The translations under genes and the position numbers were made by a program. A stretch of DNA of 58,577 nt, the filler included, from Basidioascus undulatus (taxonomy: Eukaryota): assembly GCA_000826855.1 (NCBI GenBank). It is 3 parts of 3 records of this genome, joined end to end, with 100 filler letters (N's around TTAATTAATTAA, not from the genome) between each part and the next. Parts side by side here need not be neighbours in the genome. Positions count along the whole stretch, not along the records: positions 1 to 19,474 come from JTLS01000418.1; positions 19,575 to 39,028 come from JTLS01000419.1; 1 more part is not named here. One strand, 5' to 3'. The notes beneath the pieces are model-generated. The model did not search any database. It had not been told where the DNA came from and worked only from the letters and a program-made list of their open reading frames with translations. Positions 13,401-25,906 of this stretch are shown piece by piece. Within the stretch, counting starts at the first letter, position 1. Every line of letters starts with the position of its first letter.

Positions 13401-15573
13401 CCTTGACCTCCACTACTGCAGCGTTGCATAGCGTCGCGACAGAGACCAGCTGGAGCCATGCCTCGCCGGTCGGAAAGCCCTCCTGGATCTTGTCGCGGAG
13501 TTTCGACGCCGGTACTTCGGTGTCGAATACTGCTGTATCAGTACACGTCCTGCAACCCACAAGAAGCAACTCCAGGTCAGGCGCGACACGGCGTGACACT
13601 ATATGTAAAGGCCAGCGGAACGAAATCTGGAGCTTGTGAGAGGGGGGAAGACTTTCATTTCGTTCGAGGTCAGGGTGCCCGTCTTGTCTGTGCAGAGTAT
13701 GGTTGCGGATCCCAACGTCTCGACGGCGGAAAGTGTTCTTGGGGGTTGGACAATGTCAGACTTTACGGAGTGTCTCCACCATTGTACATTCTTACTTGCA
13801 CAGGATCTTGTTTTTGGCAAGCAACCGAGCGCTCCGAGCCAGCGACAATGTCACACAGACAGGTAACCCCTCTTCCACCACCCAAATTAGCCTCAGTACA
13901 AATGATTGTTGGGTTGGAAAATTAGACCGACCAGGAATGAAGGCCACGGTGACTGAGACGGCGTTGACAAGCAGAAGTGGGACAGGAATAAATCCGGGGT
14001 AGTCACGACGCAGCCATCTGTACAACGAGCAGCCCGCGAACCGTCAGTCCGAGAAAGTATATGTTTTAGTTTGGATGGAGCATGACTTGGCGTACACAGC
14101 CCATAGTATGATATACAACACACTGACCGCAAGCGCAAGAGAGACGATGATGGCCACCTGCGGAGTTGGCACCCTGTTCATAATAGCTCGACGAATTCTC
14201 GATAACAAAAACCATCGGGAACACTGCACTCACAAACCGATATATATCTCTCTGAAGTGTGCTCAGCCTCGTCGAGCTCGCCACCGTCAATCGGGCGATC
14301 CGACCGAAAGCCGTCTTGTCCCCGCACTGCACGACCAGTCCGACGCCGGAGCCACCGACTACAGACGTGCCCTGGAGGCCGATGTTTCCCGAAAAGAGGT
14401 AACTGCGGTCGGTAGCATCCAGAGTTGCGAGTGCAGGCTCGCTCTGTTCGCAAGCAATGTAATTGACTCCTTGGATCACGATGACAATAGCGGCAGAAAG
14501 CGACGCACCTCGCCAGTGATCACGCTTCGATCAAAGCGCAGGCCACCACTCTTCTCGATAATGCGCAAGTCAGCGGGAAGGCGTTGTCCAAGCGAGAGGA
14601 TGACAAGGTCGCCTGGAACGAGGTCGACAGTGGAAATGGTGCGCCGCTCGGAATCTCGCATGACTATTGCGGAAGTAGGTAAAAGAGAACCAAGGCTCCT
14701 GTAGAAAGACAGCGATAACGGGGAGCCCCATACATTAAGAGGAGGACAGTCTCACGTCATGACCCGCGACGTGGAGATATCCTGCCAGGCTTGGAAAATC
14801 GCTTGGATGAGAACGACGACGAGGAGAATGATGGCGAGCGCGAGGTGATTGACGAGAGAGTTCGGCTGGCCCAAGGGGCCCCTGTTCCCATCCGGCCCCA
14901 TGAGGATCTTTTCAGCAGCGAAGAGCGCCATTTGCGTACCATGCAACAAAACAGATAACAGAGGCGACGAGGAGCAAGCTCCCGAAGCCGCCGAAAATCC
15001 AGCTCAAGACCTTGGCATTTTCCCCGTGTGTAAATTAGCTCCCCGGTTCGGGAATTGAGAACCCAGATACTCACCTTCCGGGCAATGTGACGGGGCGGAG
15101 GAGTAAGTGGGTTCTTGCCTTCAAGGGCAAGCCTGCGAGCGGCCTGCGCGCTGTCGAGTCCGGTAAGCGGCGAGACTGCTAGACGTTGCAGCGCCTCGTG
15201 CGATGTTATAGACTGCCAGTCCAGCTTCAAAAGGTCTTCGGTGGAAGGCGCCGAGTTCCATAAGCCCTCGCAGGGGGGTGACCTTCGTGAAGGGGCATCT
15301 CTTGACCGCACCTTTGGCCACAGCATCCCGTTTGGCCCACCCCTTACGCGAGGCAGGCTCCTCCCTCTCAGGATCCTGTACGGAGAGCGTCAGATAATGC
15401 ATGAGCCTGCGACTCGCGACCGGCGGAGACGAGCAAGGCCGGGACGCGTCCTTCTTGGGTCGTCGTCCTTTTTGGTGCCGCCCCCGCCATGTTGGACGCC
15501 AGGAACTGTCCGCGCGATCGCTTATTTTGAAAGGGGTTCTCTGAGATTCGAGGTCGGACTGGTGTTCTGCCAT
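10477..15573 (-). CDS. P-type ATPase, Na+/K+-ATPase-like (fungal ACU-type K+/Na+ uptake pump)
   Basis: FDRSVITGE, VAFIPEGLP, LCTDKTGTLT (phosphorylation site), KGAPD, ITGDFP, GDGVNDAPALKAAD, EQGRLVFVNLRK, YLLPAG, ATRTRHLSIFQ. The C-terminus VARLAW ends at TAA 10477-10479. Confidence 0.92.
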
Positions 15574-16789
15574 TGTGCCGCAACGAGGCCGAACGGGAGG
15601 AATCGAGGAAGTCGAGCTTTGAAGGTGGGTGAAAGCCGGACGAGTATCGCGGCGGATGCAAGAGTCATACCAAGAGCGTTTATTTCAAAGTATTCTTTTG
15701 GTGCGAATAGCCAGACCGTCATAATGAGTGAGCAGACGCCGACAAAGTTAAACGACAGCTCCCTGTGTGCGCGTCCGGGAAGGTAGAATTACATCTTTGA
15801 ACTTTTTTCAACGAGAGCACCGAAAGGTTCCGTTCTTTTTGTAGTTGCCACCACCTAGGTGAGGATCGGAAGAGTCTGCAAACAGGCTGTTACAAGTTTG
15901 CGCAGGGAAGTTGCACAACAACCGTCCGGCTATTTCACTGCAGCATCAAGATTGCACCGTCCTCATTATTGCCTTTACATAAACTGCCCACTTGGCAATG
16001 CTATGTAGGAACTGGATATCTTGAGGAATGCGGACACATCCGTTTGCTATGATCAGGCGGGTCGCCGAGTCTGTTTGAGCATGACTTGTCCTGCAAGCTG
16101 AGGTACTGGATGGAAACCAACAGGGAACATTCTTACGGTCTTGGCAGTACAGGCTATAGCGTGTCTCCCAGTGTCCCTTTCAAAGCGTTCCAAAGCGTTA
16201 GCCGCAGTCTACTGTTGCACAACTGTAATTTGTAACTGCCGTATTGTGACATTCAGACCAACACCTCGTCTCCTGAACCCGAAAGAGAAACGGCCCAACA
16301 AAAGGCAATTGTTTATGGGATTCAGGTCCTTTCTGGAGCCGAGGAGGGCTGTAGCGATGCATAGTCCCCCTTTGTTTAACCTCCAAATAAATGATATTAA
16401 TACCTCCGCTCCCATTGATGGTTCGGTGGTTGAGTCGTCCTAAAGCGGTGTTGAAACTTTGCCCTGACCCCGATAGCAGTTCCTTGACGACGAGCTCCCT
16501 CCGTTCGTGGCCGCTCGTTCGCCGCTCGTTCGTGCGGTCTTTGCATCTTTTCTTTTTCCATTCCTACCATCAAAATCTCTTCATGGCTAATTAGACGGCT
16601 CTTTTTCGCTCACTCAACTTTGGCTTCGACAGCTACACTTTCAGCATCTCCGCTGGTCGGTTACTTTTACGCAGTGCGTCGTTTGCCCTTCTCACCGCTG
16701 CCGACGCGAGCTGACGCTCCCGTTCCCATTCAGCTCACCGTAGAGAGTACCCCCAATGCCATCCCCTAATCCTCTCTCCCCTCGATCAA

Positions 16790-18334
16790 ATGCGCTCCGT
16801 CGCGACCGCCTCTGCCCTCGCCCTCCTCGCCGCGTCCGTCGCGCTCGCTATTCCTGAGCAGTATGACCAGGGCGGGAACGGGAGACAGTACCAGGAGAAG
16901 TCCAGCGGCCAGTATCAGCCTCAGTGAGTCATCTCCTTCCGGCTTTGACTACGTTTGGGCGTTTCGCTGACGTTGGACGCATGGCCCGTCAGGTACGGTT
17001 CTGGGAAGGAGAACTCGTGGAAGAATCAGTACGACATGTGCATCCAGCGTGCGTCTCTTCTTCGGCCTCCGGATTCACTCCTACAGTCGAGACTGATGGA
17101 TTATAAGGCGAACGCAGAATGCAACCAAGGCTACGAGCAGCAGCAGGGCCACGCGCAGCAGCAGCAGCAGCAGCCTCCGTCGCCGAACGACAACACGACC
17201 GACAAAACGACCACACCCACCCCGACCGCAGGCGGAACGGGCGGACGCACACGATCGTGGTGGCGCCGGGACGCGGAGGTGAGGGAACAAGCTTTCCTGA
17301 TGTTCAAACTCAGGCGCGCTGTCCGTTGATCGCGTATCTTCCAGTACTTCGCTTTGCTCCCGCCGGCATGAACACTGCATCGGGGGACACGGTCGTCTGG
17401 CAGATCATGAACGGCAATCACAGCATCACGGTACGTCCTTCGTCTCAACGCCCATATTGAGAGCCATTTTCTCTGACTGCTTGGGCCATCCGTCAGCAAT
17501 CGTCCCCCTCGGAATCTGCAACGTCACTGCAGCAGGGTTCGACTCGAGTGTGCAGCCCGCGCCGTTCACGTTCTCGCAGCCAGTCGCCTCAAACACCAAC
17601 ACGACGTTCTTCTACTGCAAAGTCGGCGCGGTAAGCCGCTCCTCGAATGTCGCCGACCGTTCGACGAGCTGATGCTTATTTTATTTATGAAGCACAGCCT
17701 TGACGGGATGTTCGGCCTCCTGGACCTGCCGTGCGTAGGGGACGTGAACAACCCCGCCTCTGTCGGCACTGCCATGGCTGCGCTGGCCGCCAACGTCCGT
17801 CCTTCTTTTTTCTTTGCCCCAGCGGTAGAAGGCTGACCACTTCAAGGAGGGAACTCGCAGTCGAACGAGTTCTCCAACATGATGGCCGAAATCCAGGCGA
17901 TCAACACGAGCTGCTCCGCCGCTGGGCCAACGGGCTGAGGCACGCAATGGGATACCTCCGCCCTGGAGGCGTGGGCTGTGCCCAAGGTTGTCGAGAACGT
18001 GGCGTGCGTATCCGACCGCATGGCTCTCGCTCACAACCCTGGCTAAACAACTTGTCCTCGCCTTCGCAGCTACGCCCAGGCAATCATGTGCTCGAACCAC
18101 GACTGGCAGCCCGGCATGGCGATCTCCGAGTCCGCCATCATCCCGGACGTCAAGGCTCTCGCGTAGCAGGCCGCCGCCGTCTCCGTCGGTACAAAGTCCG
18201 GAACAGCCTCCTCCAAGTCCAGCGCGACCGCCGGCGCCGAGAACATCTACGCGAGCGCGGGCGAGCCGAGCGTCGTCTACGTGGCTGAGCTCGCGCTCAT
18301 GACGCTTGCGCTCTCCTTCTTCGTTCTCTCTTGA
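16790..18334 (+). CDS. Secreted Gln/Thr-rich cupredoxin-fold protein with GPI-like tail (frameshift plus in-frame TAG; possible pseudogene)
   Basis: Signal peptide MRSVATASALALLAASVALA. THTIVVAP-GVLRFAP..GDTVVW...NHSITQS...FFYCKVGAH..GMFG matches fungal extracellular cupredoxin-like proteins. Hydrophobic end LALMTLALSFFVLS. Frameshift at about 17240 and TAG at 18164-18166. Confidence 0.75.
17137..17175 (+). repeat. (CAG)n-rich polyglutamine-coding microsatellite
   Basis: cagcagcagggccacgcgcagcagcagcagcagcagcct inside the cupredoxin-like gene. Confidence 0.8.
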
Positions 18335-19239
18335 TCATCACTCAAATTTGTTCTTTTTCTCTTCACGCGCTAGGCTTGTAAGCCCTATTCACCTGTTGAC
18401 TGACTTTTAACCTCGATCTCGGCACTGGCTGTCTTCACCTATCTCACCCCCCTTTCGCGATCCGTCTTCTACCGGCTACAAGTTTATGAGTTGAGCATCG
18501 AGAAACGTCTTTAAAATACCTCCAAAAGTGAATGCGAACTTGCGTGCGCATAGGCTCTCCTGAACAGCAAAAGGGTTGCACAGGTGAAACTGCATGCATT
18601 GCTCAAGCTCGAACGAGTATCGTAGCCAGCTTCCCTGATCGGTAGCGACTGTGATTGCACCAATCGAGTAGAGTTATATTGTATTGTTGCGGCTGTATGG
18701 ACAGGATGCTTTCGAAGAGGGCATTAAACGCGAGAACGCATGTGAGGCTTTGAAAGGCCGTGCGTAGAATGCGGTCCAGCTGCATGCCGTACTTCGTCCC
18801 TGACAATTAATCATTGTCAATAAAATGTGGTTCGCATTCATGCGTCCCGAAGATGTTGCGCGTACAGTGCTAGTCAATGAGCTCCCACAGGGCCGAGAAC
18901 GGCACGTACGCAATGGGGCGAGACGCGGAAGGCAGCATTTTCAGCTTCGCTCATCTTCATATAAAACCATGCTCATACCAACCAAAAAGATGCATACAGT
19001 TCTATAGGCACACGAACAGCCAGTCCTCACGTCCCCCATCACGCCCCTACGCTCTGCCTACATTACCCAGCCCTTGCCCGAGCGAGAATCGCCGATCCGC
19101 GGACGGACTGATAATCATTCCCATGCGCATTCCGGATTGGACAGAATGGACGAAGAAAGCAAATATGTGCCCCGCGCAGTGTTTAAGTCTCTGTTGCAAA
19201 CATGCCCTCATCTATCCAAACAAGCCCTCAGCACGGCCT

Positions 19240-19474
19240 CTACTCCTCGAAGTGCTCCGCCCAGTGCCGCACGACCGCCTCCCCGCCGCGTCCCTCCCCC
19301 AGCGTGAACCGCTTGTCCCGCACGATCAGCATCCCGTGCGCGTTCCGCACGGGGTGGATGAACGCGAGGTAGCGCCTCAGCTGCGGGAGGGCGGTGAGGG
19401 ACTTGCACGCGTCTTTTTGCGCGGGGGTTAGGATCGGGCCGCGCGGGTCGGGGTCGGGGTCAGCGTCGGGGGAG
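19240..19474 (-). CDS. C-terminal fragment of a putative serine esterase/lipase (DUF676-like), cut by the gap
   Basis: PILTPAQKDACKSLTALPQLRRYLAFIHPVRNAHGMLIVRD...GEAVVRHWAEHFEE*. The RNxHxxIxxR...GxxVxRHW tail is recalled from fungal DUF676 hydrolases. Confidence 0.65.
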
Positions 19475-19574
19475 NNNNNNNNNNNNNNNNNNNNNNNNNN
19501 NNNNNNNNNNNNNNNNNNTTAATTAATTAANNNNNNNNNNNNNNNNNNNNNNNNNNNNNNNNNNNNNNNNNNNN
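19475..19574. other. Assembly gap with artificial TTAATTAATTAA six-frame-stop linker
   Basis: 44 N + TTAATTAATTAA (19519-19530) + 44 N, 100 nt in total. Confidence 0.98.
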
Positions 19575-19827
19575 CTTCCACCTTCTCCCCTTTTGCCCCT
19601 GTTTCCCGTTTCCCCCATCTCCTGCGCCTGCGCGAAAGTCCACCAAGCCCGCCCCCGCCCCCAAACGCTCCTCCCATACCATTTCCCCCGAAGTCGAGGT
19701 CGTCGCCCCCTCGCCGTCGCGCAAACGGTCGTCGCCCGCTCCTCTTCCTGCGCCCCGCAAGCGCTCGCGTCCTGCACCTGAGCCCTCGTCGCCGCCGACG
19801 CGGGCACAGCACCCGCTCGGGATCGAC

Positions 19828-22222
19828 ATGGCCGAGTTCGAGCATGTTCCTGAGGACTTTACGGAGCTGCTGCAGCTGCTCGACAAAGTCACGGTGCGTT
19901 AGCCGTTCGGTGTAGAGGACGTTAGAGTCGTTGTGCTGATGCTGTTAATGGAGTCCGTTACAGATCGCTCGCGACCGCGTGGAGACTGGCATGAAGGCTC
20001 TGCGCGAGGGTAGGCCATCGGACCCGACGCTGTCGATGAGCCAGCTTGTCGACCTCTACAAGCGCCTCGGAGTGCGTTCTCCGTTGCTCGTTCTCTCTCT
20101 CATCTAGTCGATCTGACCTAATCCGCCTCCTCCACTCACCTTCCACAGCTCGCCACCAACCGCATCGAAACCGCCATTGCCGGTCCCTCGCAGCCCCGCA
20201 ACGACAGCGCGTCCGAGCGGCGGGAGAAGGAGGAGAGGGAGCGGGAGAGGGAGCGAGTGAGGCGGGAAGAAGAGGAGGAAGAGGCGGAACGCGTGCGTCG
20301 CGAGGAAGAGCGCGCTCGCAGGAAGGAGGAGAAGAAGCGGAGGCGGGCTGAGCGCGAGCGCGAGGCGGCAGCGGCAGCGGAGGCTTCGACTTCTGCGGCG
20401 GCTATCGCTGTGGCACCGCCCCCGGCGAAGAAGACCAAGGTCAAGAATTCCGCTGGGCAGCAGAACGCGGGGGTGTCGTATCTTGAGCATGAGGCATTCT
20501 CGGCGGTAAGCTTTCGAAGTCGTTTGGGCTTTTGAGGGATGTTTGACGCGGAGGCTTGCGGACAGGTGTACTTCCGCAGTCCGAGCGAGGACAGGAGTCG
20601 GGTACGTCCACCGCTTCACTGGCTTGATATGCTCGAGACTGATGGATGATCTTCTTATAGGTGTTTTTGAGTGCGTATGCCTCGCTCAAGCGTGCGCTGT
20701 TCATCCTGGAAGCTGACTGAAGGTACACAACTTTCAGACACATCCGCGTACATTGTAAGTTTCTTCTCGTTTCGACAGCCTTTTCACCGGCTGAGCTGGA
20801 CCTCCGCAACAGGTCAACATCGGCGTCAAGGGCATCATCCAGATCTTTGACAAGATGGACATCTTGTGAGTCACCCATTCTCCTTAAGGCTCGCAACATT
20901 CTTTCTGATCCCTTTCTTGTACAGCCATGCGCCTACGATCCACGCCATCCGTATGGACGCTACGCGCGAGCAAGTTGAATGCGCGTGCTTGATCGGCGAC
21001 AATGTCGTTGTCATGGGTATGTGAGCGTCGGAAGTTGCCTTGCTCGCAGTGATATTGAAACAGTCGTGATGCAGGCATCGCGAACAACAAGAGCCCGAAT
21101 ACGGGACAGCTCAACGACTGCCAGCATCAAGTCGTGCTTCTCTCGCTCCACGACTCGGTGCGTGCATCATGTCTCCTTCCTCCTGTTAGCCCATTCTTAA
21201 CTACCGTCACACAGGCCGGCGTTCTCTCCCCGCACACCCAATACCTCACTCCTCGGCCGCACCGCAAGGGCGTGCACTCCATCTGTGCTCTGCCCTCGTC
21301 CAGTACCTCCCTCTGGTTCGCGACCGGCGGGCCTGACCACAAGGTCTGCCGCTGGTCCGTCTCTCGCACCGGCAGCGGCAGCCCGACTGTCGAGTCGCTG
21401 CACTCGGAGCATACCTCCGCCGTCACTTCCTTGGCGTACGTGCGGTCGCGCAAGTGGTTGCTGTCGGGCGGAGCAGACAAGCGCATTGTTGTAAGTTTGT
21501 CCATGGTGTTGGTCGTGATGGTTGAGCAGTCAGCTTACCGTCGTGCTGCCGTCGTGCTGCGTTGGACAGATCTACGACCTCGCCGAGAGCATGCGGAGAG
21601 TCGTACTGAAGCAGATTTACACCGGAGCGGTAAGACTTCGCATGGCCTCGACGTGATTCTTCGCCAATGCTGATTAATGGGTTCTTGCGTGCAGGTCAAC
21701 CAGCTCATCGCTCACCCGCAAGACGACACGTTCGTGCTTGCCGAGGTGCGCTGTCCTCGCATGCCTTCCTACTATGCGAAACGCAGCTGACATGGCCCGA
21801 CACGCAGCTCTCCTTCATCGAGAAGCAGTTCCTCGTGCTCGAGTTGGCAACCTCGTCCAAGCAGTCGTCGCGCTCGTACCTCAACCCGGTCCTCACGTTC
21901 GGCATGAAGGTCGACAAGAACCTGTCGCGCTACGCCTCGGGCGCGTTCTCCATCGACGGCAAGGTCTTCGCGCACGGCGACGGCGGCGTCGTCCGCCTGT
22001 GGAACATCGGCAGCAAGAAGGCGCCGGTGCAGATCGTCCAGCTCGCCGACGAGAGGAAGGAGGGGGACATCAGACAGGTTAGTCTTTGCGTGCTTACTGG
22101 ATGATTTGAAGAGAGGTTGAGCGATGCTGATGCCGAGACTTTAGATACTCTTCGACGGCAAGGCGCTCATGGCTGTGACGCGGGAGCGGCTGCACCGCGC
22201 ACCGGTCAAGGTCAACCTGTAG
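19828..22222 (+). CDS. WD40-repeat protein with N-terminal E/R-rich coiled coil and basic NLS-like motif
   Basis: MAEFEHVPEDF..., EEEEEAERVRREEE, PPAKKTK, FATGGPDHKVCRW, HTSAVTSLAY..WLLSGGADKRI, GDGGVVRLWNI. TAG at 22220-22222. The start could lie further upstream, in the gap. Confidence 0.75.
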
Positions 22223-22892
22223 TCCGCTCGTTTGATGGTAGCATGGAACACAATTCATCCTCATCTTGGCATCTCGCATAACTCGCATGTACTATTTTTC
22301 GCATAGCCTATCCCACTTCACGAGCATGGTTCGCATCGTTACGAGCGGGCGTGCAGGAATGCTGCGCGCATTTCGCGGGCGGCGAGCGGACCGCACCGCC
22401 GCCCAGCGCTGTTCATTTCACCCTACATTTCCTATCTCGCTCCTGCACTTAGCTCAGACCCCTCGAAGGTTCGGGTTCTATAGTAATCTGGATGCATCAC
22501 GCGGTACCAAATTTTATCTGGAGGAGAGGCGAAAGAAACAGCGAGGAACAGGAACGGCAATGTAGTGTGGCTGCGACGCGTGGAAATCAGGAAGCTTTTT
22601 CCGGCTTGGTCACGAAGATCTCGTCCCGTCTGTCAACGGTCACTAAGTACCTTTAGAGGCAGGTTTCGAAAGAACTATCACCACTGCAATGCCTATAAAG
22701 GTAATGTTGAGGCCCTGTGGCTTATGGCTCCAATATGTCGGCCGATAGAAATCAATACTCGGAGCACCGTGTCTCTTGGGTTACCTGCGTTCCTCGACTC
22801 GTGAGTCTCTCGAATGACCTCCATCCCATCGCGCACCTCTTTCCTCATCAGAGTTTGGGGATCACCGCCATTTTCGAAGCTCATCTTCCAGC

Positions 22893-25207
22893 ATGTGCGT
22901 ATCCCTGTATGCTCCCCTTCTTAGACAGTCATCGAATGACCGCCGATTGCCAAATACAGGCCGCCGGCGGTTGCGTCGACTTCAGCCGAACCTGCGAAGG
23001 AGCCCGCGAAACAGAGGTCGCGGTCAGGGTGCGAAACTTGTAGAATGTAAGTAACAATCACCTCTCAAAGAACCCTATCAGCTTTCTGACAACGCGTTCT
23101 GATGTAAATAGACGCAAGAAAAAGGTTACTTCGTTTCGCAATCTATGCGGGAGCACTGCGGCCAAACGGAAAACTCACGATGTGGCCTTCTTCTAGTGCG
23201 ATGAGACGTACAAGGGTGGGTCTTGCGGCCGGTGCGAGGCGGCAGGCTACGTCTGCACCCCTCGTCTCCCAAAGGCCCGGCGTCACTTCGACCCCATGGC
23301 GTCGTCCTCTGCCCGCCGCTCGTCGCCCGTCGCTTCGACATCTACCCTGCGACCTGACCCTCCCGCTCCTCCCGTTCCTCTCGCTCCTCCCGCTCCTCCC
23401 GCTCCTCTCGCTCCTCCCGTCCCTCCAGCAACTTCTACCTCCTCCGTCGTCACCCCTTCCGCTTGGCCTTCCACCGACTTCTCGTTGTCCCCGTTTTTCG
23501 GCTCCGCAGACATGATGGGTTTCGACCCGTCCTCGCCCGGAGGCAGAGGGGACCAGATGACGGATGCCGCGGCCGATATGGGCCTATGGATGGCGCAGCA
23601 GGCCATGCAGAGCTCTGTGCTCGCGTCCGCGGTCAGGTTCCCGAAGGAGCCGGAAGTGGCAGAAGTCGATTTCTGTAAGTTCTGAAGTGTGATGTGACGC
23701 TGGGCCCGCCGTGCTGACTCTGAAGAGCTTCCAGACTCGCAGCACGTCGCGGGCCTCTGGTTCCTACCCAACATCCAGGATGTCGCAGCGACCATCCAGC
23801 GCTGGGCGACGCGCTCTCAGCTCTCGGCTGCTTCGAGTCGAGCCGCATCGGCTGCGTACAAGTCGCTCCAGCTCAAACAGACGTGAGTGATGGCTTCGGC
23901 CAGTCTGCGGCTCGCCTTCCCGGTACCCATACTGAGGCGACTGGATCACCCACGACCAGGCATACGCGGATCCTGCCCGACTCGCCCGACCCACTCGGCT
24001 CTGAGCACAGTAACGATGCGGCCGTCGTGACCATGCGCGCTGCCTCACAGTTTTACTCAGACGCGTTGCAGCTGTTCAAAAGTCCGACATCCGTCGACGC
24101 CGACTCGCTTCCGGAGCAGTTACAATCAGTGATGGACCTTCAGGTGCATCCCCGTTCTTGCCACTCTCAACCAAGGCTCTCAATGATACACGGCATGTTA
24201 CGCTGTACAGCTCTATCACTTCGCCTCGACCAGCGCAAAAGCGTCGTACGCGGTCCTCGCGATCGGCGACAGCCTCGTCCACGCGGTGTACGGCATGTCG
24301 CTCGTGTTCGACGTGAAGACGCTTGAGCGACGGGAGAACGTCGCGCTCCGGCAGTTCTTGCTTGCCGACCTCAGTCGATGCTTGGCCATCCCAGGCCGTA
24401 AACCCATGTGCGCTGCGCGTGTCTACATGAATCCGAGCTTCCGACTGACACAGAGTTGAACGGGCCAGCTACGACCTTGTTGCCAACACCAACTATTCCT
24501 CGCCCGCCTCTGTCCGGTCGAGCTCGTCAGTCGAAGACGAGGATTTGGATGAAGTTCCGTATCTGGTTTTGCCCCTTCTCCTCGCAAAGTACTTCCTCGA
24601 CATCGTCAAACTCTCGCTCGCCCAAACCCAGCCTGCCGACCTCGCCGCGCAAGCCGCGGCCCTCGAGTCCGCAATCCGCGCGTACGCTCCGCCCGCGTTC
24701 TCCTTGCCCACGCTCGCATCCGACAGCGCGGCGCGCGTTCGGAGCTTTGCGGCGGTGGAAGTCTGGCGACACGGCGCCATCCTACTCCTCCATCGTGCGC
24801 TATGCTTCTTTCCCCTTCTCCTTCTCTCCTGCCTCGCTGACCTTTCGCGCACTGTCTCATCAGAACTCATTCACAGCACCGGCCCGCTCCACCCGACTGT
24901 ACAGGACTCGCGCACCCAGATCATCCAACTCACGTCGCACGTAATTGACCCGCACCAGCGTCCGTCTACGGAAGTCTCGATCGGCGGCCTGCACGCGTTC
25001 CCGCTCTTCCTCGCCGCCACGATGTCCATCACGCCCCCGGACCGTGAGGCGTGCATGCTCCGCCTGCGCGAGACGGGACCGGAGCGCGTGTTCGAGGACA
25101 ATAGGACGTTTGTGCAAGCCTGCTGGGACGAGTCGGATTCCACCGGGTGGCCTGTTGATTGGCGGGCGGTGGCAAGGAGGGACGGGAAGGTGCTTGCATT
25201 CTTTTAG
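22893..25207 (+). CDS. Zn(II)2Cys6 fungal transcription factor with C-terminal fungal-specific TF domain
   Basis: Spliced RSRSGCETCRIRKKKCDETYKGGSCGRCEAAGYVC (CX2CX6CX8CX2CX6C). C-terminal EVWRHGAILLLH...FPLFLAA...VQACWDE...VDW resembles Fungal_trans_2-type domains. Confidence 0.9.
23358..23428 (+). repeat. Tandem 9-nt (cctcccgct-like) repeat coding a Pro/Ala linker
   Basis: PPAPPVPLAPPAPPAPLAPPVPPA in the transcription factor. Confidence 0.7.
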
Positions 25208-25906
25208 TATCGGCGGCGCTGGAGTTTTAATCCTTTTGTCCATATTGCCATCCTGTTGTTTAATGCATGTACTGAATATCTCTAACGCTTGAACGTGGTT
25301 GACTGGTGCTCATTAGTTGCGCCTTCCGCTCAAAAGATGCGTCGTAATCACGACATGCTAATAAGTTGGATTGCTATGACACCCAGGATTCCGGGGAATG
25401 CCTTAGAACAATCATAATTTGCTTTTTGAATGCGTTTCGCAACATTTCGTGAGCTTTGGTTAGCCTGGCGGTTGGCGCGACGGCAGTCTAACAAGTTCAG
25501 TCAATTCCTCCAGGCCACTTGACCTGAACATGCTTATGAAACGGGGGACATTATTTGTTCTGTCATTGATGTGGTTAAACCTCCGACATGGTGTGGGAGG
25601 CCGAGCATGGCCTCGTCCGAAGACTCCATACAGGAGCTCAAGCGAGTTCAGCGTTGAAAAGAGCCATCAGGTTGCCTCGATCCATTGTCAACCACTCTTT
25701 ACTTTTACCCTACCTGGTGAACACCCGGCAAAAATTAAGTGAGCTCTCCCTGGACGGGGTTGAGAGCCCCTTGCTAGAGGCGCGGTGCGCAGTACAACCA
25801 CACTCGGAAGACTGTACGATAGTGAAGCTGTATCTTCGCGAAGGCGACAATAAATTTGGCAGGCCCAAAAATGCATATATACAAAACGGTGGATCTATGA
25901 ACTGGC

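Noticed and set aside
19475..19574. TTAATTAATTAA palindrome inside N runs (also 39029-39128)
   Set aside because: The identical symmetric 100-nt construct occurs twice, so it is an assembly linker and not biology.
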